From an uncultured Actinomycetota bacterium (GTDB taxonomy: Bacteria > Actinomycetota > Actinomycetes > Mycobacteriales > Micromonosporaceae), in NCBI GenBank assembly GCA_963818495.1, contig CAWFSH010000012.1:73008-137007 (forward strand): a stretch of 64,000 bases of DNA, written 5' to 3'. Shown piece after piece: positions 1 through 10,122 of the stretch. The stretch's first letter is position 1; the number at the start of each line of letters is the position of its first letter. The notes under the pieces were generated by a model. The model saw nothing but the letters and a program-made list of their open reading frames with translations. It had not been told where the DNA came from and did no database searches. The translations under genes were made by a program, and so were the position numbers.

Positions 1-255
1 CGTTGGGGTCGTCGCGGCCACGGGAGCCGGCTCCTGGCGGTGGCCGTGGCCGGATGGCGTACCGACGGCTTCGACACCGCGGTCGCGTGGGCGTACGACG
101 GCGATCCAGCGACGCGGGCATTCCTCGCATCGGCGGGCTGGGAGCCCGACGGTGCGACGCGCGCGCTCGACGTCGATGACCTGCTGGTCGACCAATTCCG
201 CCTGCACGTGTCCCTCGATGACGTCGATGTCGACGTCGAGCCGACCGGCGCCTAA
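1..255 (+). CDS. GNAT family N-acetyltransferase, C-terminal part (5' end outside window)
   Basis: Frame 1 is open from base 1: RWGRRGHGSRLLAVAVAGW (R-x-x-G-x-G/A acetyl-CoA motif) ... FLASAGWEPDG. TAA at 253-255. Confidence 0.6.
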   Translation, partial: RWGRRGHGSRLLAVAVAGWRTDGFDTAVAWAYDGDPATRAFLASAGWEPDGATRALDVDDLLVDQFRLHVSLDDVDVDVEPTGA

Positions 256-963
256 TCCCGACGCGTCGAGCCGGGGCGCGGCGCTGGAGCTCGCGGTGGG
301 GTGTTCGACACGGATGGTCGCCGCGGCTGGGTAAGCTTTGAAAATCCGTATGGGCCGTCTCGCATCAGACCCGGGTCGAGCACCAGCTTCGCTAGGTTAA
401 TGAAGTTCTGCTCAGGTACGACGGCCGGGGCAGAGAAGATGACGGTACGGGTCTCGCGGTGGGACACCTTGGCTACGGCGATCAACGACTCGCCGTCCGA
501 GTCGGTGAAGAAGGTCCCTACCTCGCCGACGCCAGTCACCTTGTGTATGACAACGTGGTTACCCTTCGCGATGGCATCGACACCCTCCTGCGGCGACAAG
601 TCCTGCTTGGCCGCCGTGACGACGAGGTCGAACGGGTGCTTGCCGCCGCTTCCGTACTTGCACTCGTAGTTGGCGAAGTCGTGGTTGGTGTCCGCCGCAC
701 CCTCGACGGCCGTCAGCTTGGTCTGGCTGTTGGCACCGCCGAGCAGTGTCTTAAGTTCCCCTGTGGACAACAACGGGCAGGCGGCGGTGATCTTCGCGAC
801 GGGTTTCGGTGTGCTCGTAGGTACGCGACTGGCGGGCGCCGCGCTATGCGATGTGGCCCCGGTCGCGGGTTCCTTCCAGATCGCCGTCCGGCTGGCGGTC
901 GAGCATCCGGCCGGTGAGCGCGAGCAAACAGATTGCGGAACCGATCAGGACGATACGAGACAC
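252..963 (-). CDS. secreted lipoprotein, DUF3558-like; one frameshift near 905-910; 3' end uncertain
   Basis: GTG at 963 gives VSRIVLIGSAICLLALTG. A 1-nt shift then gives GCSTASRTAIWKEP..., which joins ORF 252..773 (ACPLLSTGELKTLLGGANSQ...YECKYGSGGKHPFD). Signal peptide plus lipobox-like cysteine. The last ~40 aa are Arg/Pro-rich and look out of frame. Confidence 0.5.
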
Positions 964-994
964 GTCGGAGCACACTACCCGATTGTTCAGCGAC

Positions 995-1055
995 GCATTT
1001 GTACGGAACCTCGGCACTCCAAGCCGCGTTGAGCGCCTAACTCCCGTACAACTGC
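995..1055. repeat. palindromic intergenic repeat, copy A (GCATTTGTACGGAA...TCCCGTACAACTGC)
   Basis: Imperfect ~21-nt inverted arms around a GC-rich loop, just downstream of the dapB stop. Same core TGTACGGAA / TYCCGTACA as copies at 7615, 8697 and 8879. Confidence 0.8.
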
Positions 1056-1083
1056 GAGGGAACACGCCCGGCATTGCGGCCAC

Positions 1084-1813
<730 letters not shown>

Positions 1814-2072
1814 ACCGACCCGGATCGGCTCGCCGTTCGTCAGTCACGCGATCAACCTATCCCATGCCGCGCCGATGGGCCGCGCAAGTCAGGGCCGTCG
1901 ACGTCACGGCGGCACGATCCGCGGGTCGCCTCGTTGCCCGATCGACGGTACGGCCGATCAAGCATGCCGCCCCGAGCGCGGTCGCCGGCGCCAGGCCTCA
2001 GTCGCTCACGCAGATCGGACGAAGTCCTGACTCGCCGAACGGGCCGACGACGCGCGAGCGACATCGGTCGGC

Positions 2073-3353
2073 TCAGCAGATCGGCGGCGACGGCCGCACG
2101 TCGTCGACGGTCACCGCGTCGACCCGGGCCAGCAGCTCGTCCACCGAGAGCAGGTCGTCGTAGAGCAGCTCGCCCTTGCCGAGCCGGCTCATCCGTGAAC
2201 CGGTGTCCTCCAGGCCGAGCACGAGCGCGCCCTTGATCATGCCCTTGCCGCGGACGACTTCGGCCTCGGTGAGGCCGTCGGCCGGCCACCCGGCGCCAAC
2301 TCGGCCCGGATCAGGTCGAGCACCTCGTCGACCTTGCCCGGCGCGCAGCCGGCGTAGACCCCGAACAGGCCGGCTGTCGGCGTACTGCGACTGGTGTAGG
2401 AGTAGACCGAGTACGCGAGACCGCGCTGTCTCCCGGATCTCCTGGAACAGCCGGCTGGACATGCCGCCGCCGAGCACGTTGTTGAGCACGCCGAGCGCGA
2501 ACCGGCGCTCGTCGAGCCGGCCGAGCCCGGGCAGCCGAGCACCAGGTGCGCCTGCTCGGTGTCCTTGTCGCGGACGATCGCCGGCCGGCTCGTGTACGCG
2601 CGGCGGGCGGCCGGTCGGCGCGGTCGCCGACTGGTGCGGCGGCGCGCCGTCGAGCCGGACCGCGCGAACGCCTCGCCGGACCAGCTTGACCACGCTGTCG
2701 TGGTCCAGGTTGCCGGCCGCCGCGACGACCATCGATGGCGGGCGTGTAGCGGCGCCGGTAGAAGCGACTGGATCTGCTCGCGGGTCATCGGCGTGATCGT
2801 GTCCTCCGTGCCGGAGATCAGCCGACCGAGCGGGTGTCGGTCGCCGTAGATCGCCTCGGCGAAGAGGTCGTGCACCTCGTCGCCCGGCTCGTCGTCGTGC
2901 ATGGCGATCTCTTCGAGGATCACGCCGCGCTCGGTCTCCACGTCGGCCGGGGCCAGGACCGAATCGGCGACCAGGTCGCACATCACGTCGATCGCCAGCG
3001 GCGGTCCTCGTCCAGCACCCGGGCGTAGTAGCAGGTGTATTCCTTGGTGGTGAAGGCGTTGGTCTCGCCGCCGACCGCCTCGATCTCGGCCGAGATGTCC
3101 AGCGCGCTGCGCCTGCTGGGTGCCCTTGAAGAGCAGGTGCTCCAGGAAGTGCGAGACGCCGGCCTGCGGCCGGGTCTCGTCCCGGGAGCCGACGCCGACC
3201 CAGATGCCGAACGACACGCTGCGCATCGCCGGAATCGCCTCGGTGAGCGACCCGCAGCCCGCTGGGCAGCACGGTACGGCGTACCGTGCCGCCCAGCGGA
3301 TCGCCTGCGTCAGCGGTCCGGGTCGAGCCGGCGACCGGTGTCTCGGCGTCCAT
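2073..3353 (-). CDS. M16 family zinc peptidase (PepR-like), several frameshifts
   Basis: HFLEHLLFKGT (HxxEH motif) and EEIAMHDDEPGDEVHDLF are in ORF 2237..3226. N- and C-termini are in ORF 2073..3353 (...GKGMIKGALVLGLEDTGSRMSRLGKGELLY...). At least 4 frame switches. Confidence 0.85.
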   Translation of the reverse strand: MDAETPVAGSTRTADAGDPLGGTVRRTVLPSGLRVAHRGDSGDAQRVVRHLGRRRLPGRDPAAGRRLALPGAPALQGHPAGAARWTSRPRSRRSAARPTPSPPRNTPATTPGCWTRTAAGDRRDVRPGRRFGPGPGRRGDRARRDPRRDRHARRRAGRRGARPLRRGDLRRPTPARSADLRHGGHDHADDPRADPVASTGAATRPPSMVVAAAGNLDHDSVVKLVRRGVRAVRLDGAPPHQSATAPTGRPPRVHEPAGDRPRQGHRAGAPGARLPGLGRLDERRFALGVLNNVLGGGMSSRLFQEIRETARSRVLGLLLHQSQYADSRPVRGLRRLRAGQGRRGARPDPGRVGAGWPADGLTEAEVVRGKGMIKGALVLGLEDTGSRMSRLGKGELLYDDLLSVDELLARVDAVTVDDVRPSPPIC

Positions 3354-3458
3354 GCCGCTGCGCGAGGTCTACGCGCAGCTTCGGTCGATCACGTCCGTGA
3401 CCGGAGGGCGTGCATCGCCGACGCGTCAGCTGCGCCGGCGTCCGGCGGACGACGCTGC

Positions 3459-5834
3459 TCAGCGCTGCCGCCGCCGTCGCCGGCGCGCCTCGTCGCCCTC
3501 GCCGCGGCCTCGCCCGACGGCGCACGTCTTCGCCACGGCTCGGGCCACGGTCGCCGCGATCGCGGTCGCCGCGGTCACGCGGACCACGGTCGCCACCCCG
3601 GTCCCGGTCGCCCGGTCCGGCAGCCGCCCGCGGGCGCGTGCCTCGCCCTCGGAGCCGCACCTTGTCCAGGTAGATCTTGCCCGCGGGCGTCGATCTCGGC
3701 GATCTGCACCTCGACCTTGTCGCCGACGTTGAGGAAGTCCTCGACCCGCTCGACCCGCTTGCCGTCGCCCACCTTGGAGATGTGCAGCAGGCCGTCGCGG
3801 CCGGGCAGCAGCGAGACGAACGCGCCGAACGCGGCCGTCTTCACCACGGTGCCGAGGAACTGGTCGCCGACCTTCGGCATCGTCGGGTTGGCGATCGCGT
3901 TGATCCGGTCGACCGCGGCCTGCGGCCGACGGGCCGTTGGTGGCGCCGACGTAGATCGTGCCGTCGTCCTCGATCGAGATCTCGGCGCCGGTCTCGTCCT
4001 GGATCGCGTTGATGGTCTGCCCCTTCGGGCCGATCACCATGCCGATCTTGTCGACCGGGATCTTCACCGTGGTCACCCGCGGCGCGTAGTCCGACATCGT
4101 CGCCGGCGACACTCGATCGCCCGCTGCATCACGTCGAGGATGGTGTGCCGGGCGTCGTGCGCCTGCTGCCAGCGCGGCCGCCAGCACGTCGGACGGGATG
4201 CCGTCGAGCTTGGTGTCGAGCTGCAGCGCGGTGACGAAGTCCGGGGTACCGGCGACCTTGAAGTCCATGTCGCCGAACGCGTCCTCGGCGCCGAGGATGT
4301 CGGTCAGCGTCACGAACGAGGTCTTGCCGTCGACCTCGTCGGAGATCAGGCCCATCGCGATGCCGGCCACCGGAGCCTTGAGCGGCACACCGGCGTACAG
4401 CAGCGACATCGTGCAGGCGCAGACCGAGCCCATCGAGGTGGAGCCGTTGGAGCCGAGCGCCTCGGAGACCTGCCGGATCGCGTACGGGAACTCCTCGCGC
4501 GCCGGCAGCACCGGGATCAGCGCCCGCTCGGCGAGCGCGCCGTGCCCGATCTCGCGCCGCTTCGGCGAACCGACCCGACCGGTCTCACCGGTCGAGTACG
4601 GCGGGAAGTTGTAGTTGTGCATGTAGCGCTTGGACTTCTCCGGCGAGAGCGTGTCCAGCGCCTGCTCCATGCGCAGCATGTTCAGCGTCGTGACGCCGAG
4701 GATCTGCGTCTCGCCCCGCTCGAACAGCGCCGTGCCGTGCACCCGCGGCAGGACGCCGACCTCGGCGGTCAGCGGCCGGATGTCGCGCGGGCCACGGCCG
4801 TCGATGCGGACCTGGTCGCGCAGGACGCGGGCGCGCACCTCCTTCTTGGTGACCGAGCGGAACGCCGCGCTGATCTCCTTCTCGCGCCCCTCGAACTGGC
4901 CGTCGAGACTGCTCGTGGGCCGCGTCCTTGATCCGGTCCAGCGCGCTCTTCGCGCTCCGGCTTGCCGGCGATCTTGAGCGCCTCGGCCGACCTCGCCGCG
5001 CACGGCGTCCGCGACCGCGCGAACACGTCGTCCTGGTAGTCCAGGAAGACCGGGAACTCGCCGGTCGGCTTGGCCGCGACGTCGGCCAGCTCGCTCTGGG
5101 CCCGGCACAGCTCGCGGATGGCCGGCTTCGCGGCCTCCAGACCGCTGGCCACGACCTCCTCGGTCGGCGCGGGCGCGCCGCCGGCGACCAGGTTCGACCG
5201 TGTGCTCGGTGGCCTCGGCCTCGACCATCATGATCGCGACGTCGCCGTCGGGCAGCGTACGGCCGGCCACGACCATGTCGAACGTGGCCCGGGCCAGCTC
5301 GTCGTGGGTCGGGAAGGCGACCCACTGGCCGTCGATGTGCGCCATCCGGGTCGCTCCGATCGGGCCGGAGAACGGCAGGCCGGCGAGCTTCGTCGACATC
5401 GACGCGGCGTTGATCGCCACGACGTCGTACGGGTGCTACGGGTCGAGCGCGAGGATCGTGCTCGACGATCTGGATCTCGTTGCGCAGGCCCTTGGCGAAG
5501 CGACGGGCGCAGCGGACGGTCGATCAGCCGGCAGGTGAGGATCGCGTCCTCACTGGGCCGGCCTTCGCGGCGGAAGAACGAGCCGGGGATGCGCCCGGCG
5601 GCGTACATCCGCTCCTCGACGTCGACGGTGAGCGGGAAGAAGTCGAAGTTGCTCCTTCGGGTGCTTGCTTACCGTGGTCGCGGACAACACGACGGTGTCG
5701 CCGAGCTGCGCGAGTGCGGAGCCGGCGGCCTGGCGGGCCAGGCGGCCGGTGGAGAAGGTGACCTCGCGGGTGCCGAATGACCCGTTGTCGATGATCGCCT
5801 TGCTGGTTTCGGTGCCGAGAGTGTGCTCGGACAT
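3459..5834 (-). CDS. pnp: polyribonucleotide nucleotidyltransferase (PNPase), many frameshifts; 3' end uncertain (3310-3575)
   Basis: ATG at 5834 is preceded by [45 protein letters not shown]. Later segments sit in three frames: [30 protein letters not shown]; [37 protein letters not shown]; [13 protein letters not shown]; KH domain [23 protein letters not shown]; S1 domain [31 protein letters not shown]. Confidence 0.93.
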
Positions 5835-6158
5835 GTGTGGGTTGCGCTCCTTGGTCTCCTCGACCCGGTCATCGTGACTCAGGTCGGCGGGCGACGACGC
5901 AGCCGGCGGGTTATGTCGAGTGGGCCGGTCTTCGATCGAAGCCCGCGGGAGCCGCTGCCCGTGAGGGCGTGTCCCGAAGACCACTACCGGAGACCGGTTC
6001 ACCGAGCGCCTTACCCGGCGAGGGATGGGTCGTCGTCCTGTGCAATTGGATTGGGTGTTGCTGGTCGTGCAGTTATGGGTGGTGCGGTTACGGGCCGGGG
6101 GAGCGACCGGGCACCCACGCCGTCTCGCGACGCGGTGCTCGTCACTCCCCCGTTCGTG
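5835..6158 (-). promoter_or_regulatory. rpsO-pnp intergenic leader (pnp 5' UTR region)
   Basis: 324 nt with no credible ORF between the rpsO stop and the pnp start. The position matches the processed, autoregulated pnp leader known in other bacteria. I could not define a fold by eye. Confidence 0.35.
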
Positions 6159-6428
6159 TCACCTACGCAGGCCGAGCCGCTCGATCAACGACCGGTAGCG
6201 GCTGATGTCGGTCTTCTGCAGGTAGTTCAGGAGCCGGCGACGGCGACCGACGAGCAGCAGCAGGCCACGACGACTGTGGTGGTCGTGCTTGTGCGTGCGT
6301 AGGTGCTCGGTGAGGTCGGCGATGCGCCGGGACAGGACCGCGACCTGCACCTCGGGTGACCCGGTGTCGCCCTCGGTGGTTGCGTAGTCCTTCATGATCT
6401 GTGTCTTCAGCTCTGCTGCGAGCGCCAT
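6159..6428 (-). CDS. rpsO: 30S ribosomal protein S15
   Basis: Intact 89 aa: [70 protein letters not shown]. Confidence 0.97.
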   Translation of the reverse strand: MALAAELKTQIMKDYATTEGDTGSPEVQVAVLSRRIADLTEHLRTHKHDHHSRRGLLLLVGRRRRLLNYLQKTDISRYRSLIERLGLRR

Positions 6429-6645
6429 GATCTCCCTGTTCGGTTATGCGGAGTGGTTTCGAGGTCCGCGCGGCCGCGGCGTCGTGCAGGCACGCGGAAC
6501 CTGCCGGTTACCCGGCGTCGATGTCAAGGCTACCAGTCGGGGCGCCGATCCCACGAAACGACACCGTCGAGGGCATTCACCGTCGTCCTGTTGCGGGCCA
6601 TTTGCCCGATTTGATCTGGTACGTCGGTACCGCGGGCTTTCAAGA

Positions 6646-7573
6646 TCAATCCGACAGTACGGCCCGGGTCTCGGTGACGTCTTTTGCGATCTGCTCGACC
6701 AGGTTCTCTGGGCCCTCGTAGCGCCGCTGCTCCCGCAGGTGGGCCACGAAGTCGAGGCTGACCCGCTCGCCGTAGAGGTCGCCGTCAAAATCGAGCAGGT
6801 ACGCCTCGACCCGATGCTCGCGTCCGGCGAACGTGGGGTTCGTGCCGATCGACACGGCCGCGCTGTAGGTCTTGTCCCGGACCTGGAGCCAGGCGGCGTA
6901 CACGCCGTCGGCCGGGATCGCGGCGTACCGCGTACACATCAGGTTCGCGGTCGGGAAGCCCAGCTCCCGGCCTCGTTGGTCGCCGCGGACGACCACGCCT
7001 TCGATCCGGTGCGGCCGGCCGAGCGCGATCGCGGCCGCCGCGACATCGCCCGCGTCCACGCATGAGCGGATGTACGTCGAGGAGAACACCGTGCCGTTGT
7101 CGGTGACGAGAGCGGCATCCTCGACCCCGAAACCGAACGTACGACCCAGCCGGGTCAGCAGCTTCACGTCTCCGGCGGCGCGGTGGCCGAATCGGAAGTT
7201 GTCGCCGACCACGATGAGCGAGGCGTGCAGGTGCTCAACGAGGACATCGTGCACAAACTCTTCCGGCGAGAGCTGCGAGAACGACTGGGTGAACGGAACG
7301 ACGCACAGGACATCGACGCCGAGCGCCTCGATCAGCTCGGCCTTGCGATGCGGACTCCGTCAGGACGGCCGGGTGTGATCCGGGTCGTACGACCTCGGCC
7401 GGGTGCGGGTCGAACGTCACCACGACCGACGACAGGCCGAGTTGAGCCGCCCGCTCGACGGTGTAGCCGATGATCTGCTGATGCCCTCGATGTACGCCGT
7501 CGAAGACTCCGATGGTGACGACCGACCGGCCCCAGCCGCCCGGTGCCGCCTCATAACCCCGCCAGCGCTGCAC
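6646..7573 (-). CDS. ribF: bifunctional riboflavin kinase / FMN adenylyltransferase (one frameshift near 7350)
   Basis: GTG at 7573: VQRWRGYEAAPGGWGRSVVTIGVFDGVHRGHQQII...VVVTFDPHPAEVV (ORF 7235..7660). Then PHRKAELIEALGVDVLCVVPFTQSFSQLSPEEFVHDVLVEHLHASLIVVGDNFRFG...GFPTANL...VEAYLLDFDGDLYG (ORF 6646..7254). Confidence 0.92.
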
Positions 7574-7614
7574 GCCGATCTCCCTTCGGTGTCCGCCCAC
7601 GGCCGGGTCGACCG

Positions 7615-7675
7615 GCAAATGTACGGAACATCGGCCGCGCCGGGCCGCCGAGGTGGCCAACTCCCGTACATTTGG
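7615..7675. repeat. palindromic intergenic repeat, copy B
   Basis: GCAAATGTACGGAACATCGGCC ... GGCCAACTCCCGTACATTTGG, between the ribF start and the DUF559 stop. Confidence 0.8.
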
Positions 7676-7708
7676 TCGGGTTGCGGCCCTCGGGGTGGGT
7701 TTGGCGCG

Positions 7709-8605
7709 CTAACCGCGCCATCCGCGCGACGCGAGCGCGGCCTTGACCTCGCGCACGACACCGCCGAAGTCACGGCCCAGTCGATCCGACGTGACATGAA
7801 GCACGAGCCAGCCGTCCGCGACTAGTAGATTCAGTCGGCGCCGGTCGAGACGCAGCTGCTCAGCCGTTGCGTGCCATACGCCGTCATATTCGACCGCGAC
7901 CCGGAACTCCTCCCACGCCAAATCGGGATGGAGCACAACGCCACCCGCGACGACGACGGCCATCTGCACGGCCGGACGAGGCAGGCCGGCCAGCACGAAC
8001 CGCACTCGCAGCCGCGATTCCGGCACCGATTGTGCGCGAGCGTCGGCCAGTCCGAACGCGGTGGCCGCCCTTCGCGAACCGCGCTTGCCGGCGCGGGCCA
8101 TGACCATGTCGGCTAGCTCGACGGAACCGACGAGTTGCGCCGCCAGAAGGCCGTCGATGATCGGGACCGCCGCCAGCGGCGGGAGCCAACCGGCGACGTC
8201 CCACGCCGTTCGCAATGGGGTGGTGCGTGGCAGTGCGGCGTCGACACGCTCGGCCGCGTCGAGGTGAACGGCGTGGACTCGCACTCGTCGCCGTGGACTG
8301 ATCCGGGCATCGGGCGGCGCGATCAGGTGTACGTCGTCGTCCGCACCGGCCGCGTGGTCCACGCCCCACAGAAAGGCGGCAGATGGGCCAGCGATCGTTG
8401 CCCGCGGCGGGAGTCCGGTGATCGCGGCACGGCACGCCAGCCCATGATCGCGTTCGAGACGCGCGTCGCCGTAGATGTCATAGCGCACGTGCTGCCACGA
8501 TCGCCCGTGTAGCTGGTCCGCGGTCAGCAATCGACGGCGGACCGCATCCGACCCGCGAAAGACCTGGAACTCGAGCGACGGCGGACGCGCGCGCGAAATC
8601 GACAT
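7709..8605 (-). CDS. DUF559 (Vsr-like endonuclease fold) domain protein
   Basis: ATG at 8605 (MSISRARPPSLEFQVFRGSDAVRRRLLTADQLHG...). C-terminal PESRLRVRFVLAGLPRPAVQ...HPDLAWEEFRVAVEYDGVWHATAEQLRLDRRRLNLLVADGWLVLHVT is typical of DUF559. The longer ORF to 8782 runs through repeat copy C, so I use the shorter start. Confidence 0.8.
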   Translation of the reverse strand: MSISRARPPSLEFQVFRGSDAVRRRLLTADQLHGRSWQHVRYDIYGDARLERDHGLACRAAITGLPPRATIAGPSAAFLWGVDHAAGADDDVHLIAPPDARISPRRRVRVHAVHLDAAERVDAALPRTTPLRTAWDVAGWLPPLAAVPIIDGLLAAQLVGSVELADMVMARAGKRGSRRAATAFGLADARAQSVPESRLRVRFVLAGLPRPAVQMAVVVAGGVVLHPDLAWEEFRVAVEYDGVWHATAEQLRLDRRRLNLLVADGWLVLHVTSDRLGRDFGGVVREVKAALASRGWRG

Positions 8606-8696
8606 GCCGACCAGCGTCGAGGCGGACTCATCGACGGCGGAAGTCTCGATCGTGCGGCTGTGGACGGCGCTCGGGGCGCTCGTGGCCGCGCGCGTT

Positions 8697-8759
8697 CGCA
8701 TTTGTACGGAAGTTGGGCGCTCCGCCCGCCGCCGACCAGGCAACTTCCGTACAAATGCG
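8697..8759. repeat. palindromic intergenic repeat, copy C (perfect 19-bp arms)
   Basis: CGCATTTGTACGGAAGTTG (8697-8715), a 25-nt GC-rich loop, then CAACTTCCGTACAAATGCG (8741-8759). Confidence 0.9.
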
Positions 8760-8878
8760 AGGGCGGCGCGACGATGGAGCAAGGCGGAAGAACGGCACCG
8801 AATCCAGATGCGGTCGTGCGGGCCGGAACATCTTTGTGGACAACGTGCCGATCTGCGGCTCTGAGTGATCTTGCCCCA

Positions 8879-8941
8879 CGCATTTGAACGGAAGTTCGGC
8901 GCTCGGAGGCGCCGACACCGCCCAAGTTCCGTACAAGTGCG
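8879..8941. repeat. palindromic intergenic repeat, copy D
   Basis: CGCATTTGAACGGAAGTTCGGCG ... CGCCCAAGTTCCGTACAAGTGCG. The loop holds a nested GGCGC/GCGCC palindrome. Confidence 0.85.
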
Positions 8942-9015
8942 GGCGTGACCCAGCGAGACGGGCGCGACGTCGAGCGCGGGGCGCGACGCCGAGCGACACG
9001 GGCGCGGCGCGGGGG

Positions 9016-10095
9016 TCAGGCGGGGGCGAAGACCACTTCGGCGCGGGTCTTGCCGTCGCGCTCGGTCACGATCGCGATCACCGACCCGCCGGGCCCGAAT
9101 ACTGCGTACGGCCCATCGAGACCGACCGCGGCAAGGGGACCGCCATGGGACAGTACGACCGCCTCGTCCGGCGTCGCGTCCCGTCGGGCGAAGAACCGCG
9201 CCGTGGCATCGTCCAGCGAGAGCGAGATCGGCGAGCCGCCCGCGTCCACGAGGTCCGTCAACGCGTCGAGCGTGACCGACTCGGCCAACGTGAAGGCGCC
9301 GACGGCCGTACGGCGGAGCGCGATCACGTGTCCGCCAACCCCAAGCGATGCGCCGAGGTCGCGGGCGATCGCCCGAACGTACGTCCCGGTCGAGCAGGCA
9401 ACCTCGACATCCACATCGACCAGGTCGGGGCCGCCGACCACACCCGCGCCGTCGACAACCGAGCCACCGACCACACCCGCGCCGTCGACAACCGAACCAC
9501 CGACCACACCCGCGCCGCCGCCCGAGCCGCCGCCCGAACCGCCGCCGCCGCCAACCGAACCCCCGCCGCCAACCGAACCCCCGCCCGAACGAGCCGCCGG
9601 ATGTCGAGGACGTCGATCGCGGAAATCGTCACCGTACGCGCCGCCAGCTCGACGGATTCGCCCGCGCGCACCTTGGCGTACGCCCGCTGGCCGTTGATCT
9701 TGATCGCGCTCACCGCGGACGGCACCTGGCTGACGATGCCGGTCTGGGCGGCGAGGCCCGGCCCGGATATCCGCGTCGGCAACCGCCGAGGCGGATGTCC
9801 GCGCGACCACCTCGCCTTCGGCGTCGTCGGTGATGGTCGACTCGCCGAGCCGGATCGTCGCGCGATAGCGCTTGTCGGCCCCGATCACGTACGTCAGCAG
9901 CCGCGTCGCTCGACCGACGCCGATCACGAGCACGCCGGTCGCCATCGGATCGAGCGTCCCGCCGTGCCCGACCCGACGCGTCCTGGCGAGCCGCCGCACC
10001 CGGGAAACGACGTCATGCGAGGTCATCCCGCCCGGTTTGTCGATCACGATCAGGCCGGCCGGGTCGTCCGGCGACGAACGTTTCGCAGCGCACAC
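9016..10095 (-). CDS. truB: tRNA pseudouridine(55) synthase with internal Gly-rich tandem-repeat insertion; frameshifted
   Basis: GLIVIDKPGGMTSHDVVSRVRRLARTRRVGHGGTLDPMATGVLVIGVGRATRLL. In a second frame: GIVSQVPSAVSAIKINGQRAYAKVRAGESVELAARTVTI. Then DLVDVDVEVACSTGTYVRAIARDLGASLGVGGHVIALRRT. Confidence 0.92.
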   Translation of the reverse strand: MCAAKRSSPDDPAGLIVIDKPGGMTSHDVVSRVRRLARTRRVGHGGTLDPMATGVLVIGVGRATRLLTYVIGADKRYRATIRLGESTITDDAEGEVVARTSASAVADADIRAGPRRPDRHRQPGAVRGERDQDQRPAGVRQGARGRIRRAGGAYGDDFRDRRPRHPAARSGGGSVGGGGSVGGGGGSGGGSGGGAGVVGGSVVDGAGVVGGSVVDGAGVVGGPDLVDVDVEVACSTGTYVRAIARDLGASLGVGGHVIALRRTAVGAFTLAESVTLDALTDLVDAGGSPISLSLDDATARFFARRDATPDEAVVLSHGGPLAAVGLDGPYAVFGPGGSVIAIVTERDGKTRAEVVFAPA

Positions 10096-10122
10096 GCAGA
10101 TCAGCTTGTCAGTTCACCGACG

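Noticed and set aside
3310-3660. Arg/Asp/Gly-rich (RDRGDRG) C-terminal tail of PNPase as a distinct low-complexity domain
   Set aside because: Three frames are open here and the correct one cannot be chosen because of nearby indels. The repeat may be out-of-frame translation of GC-rich DNA.
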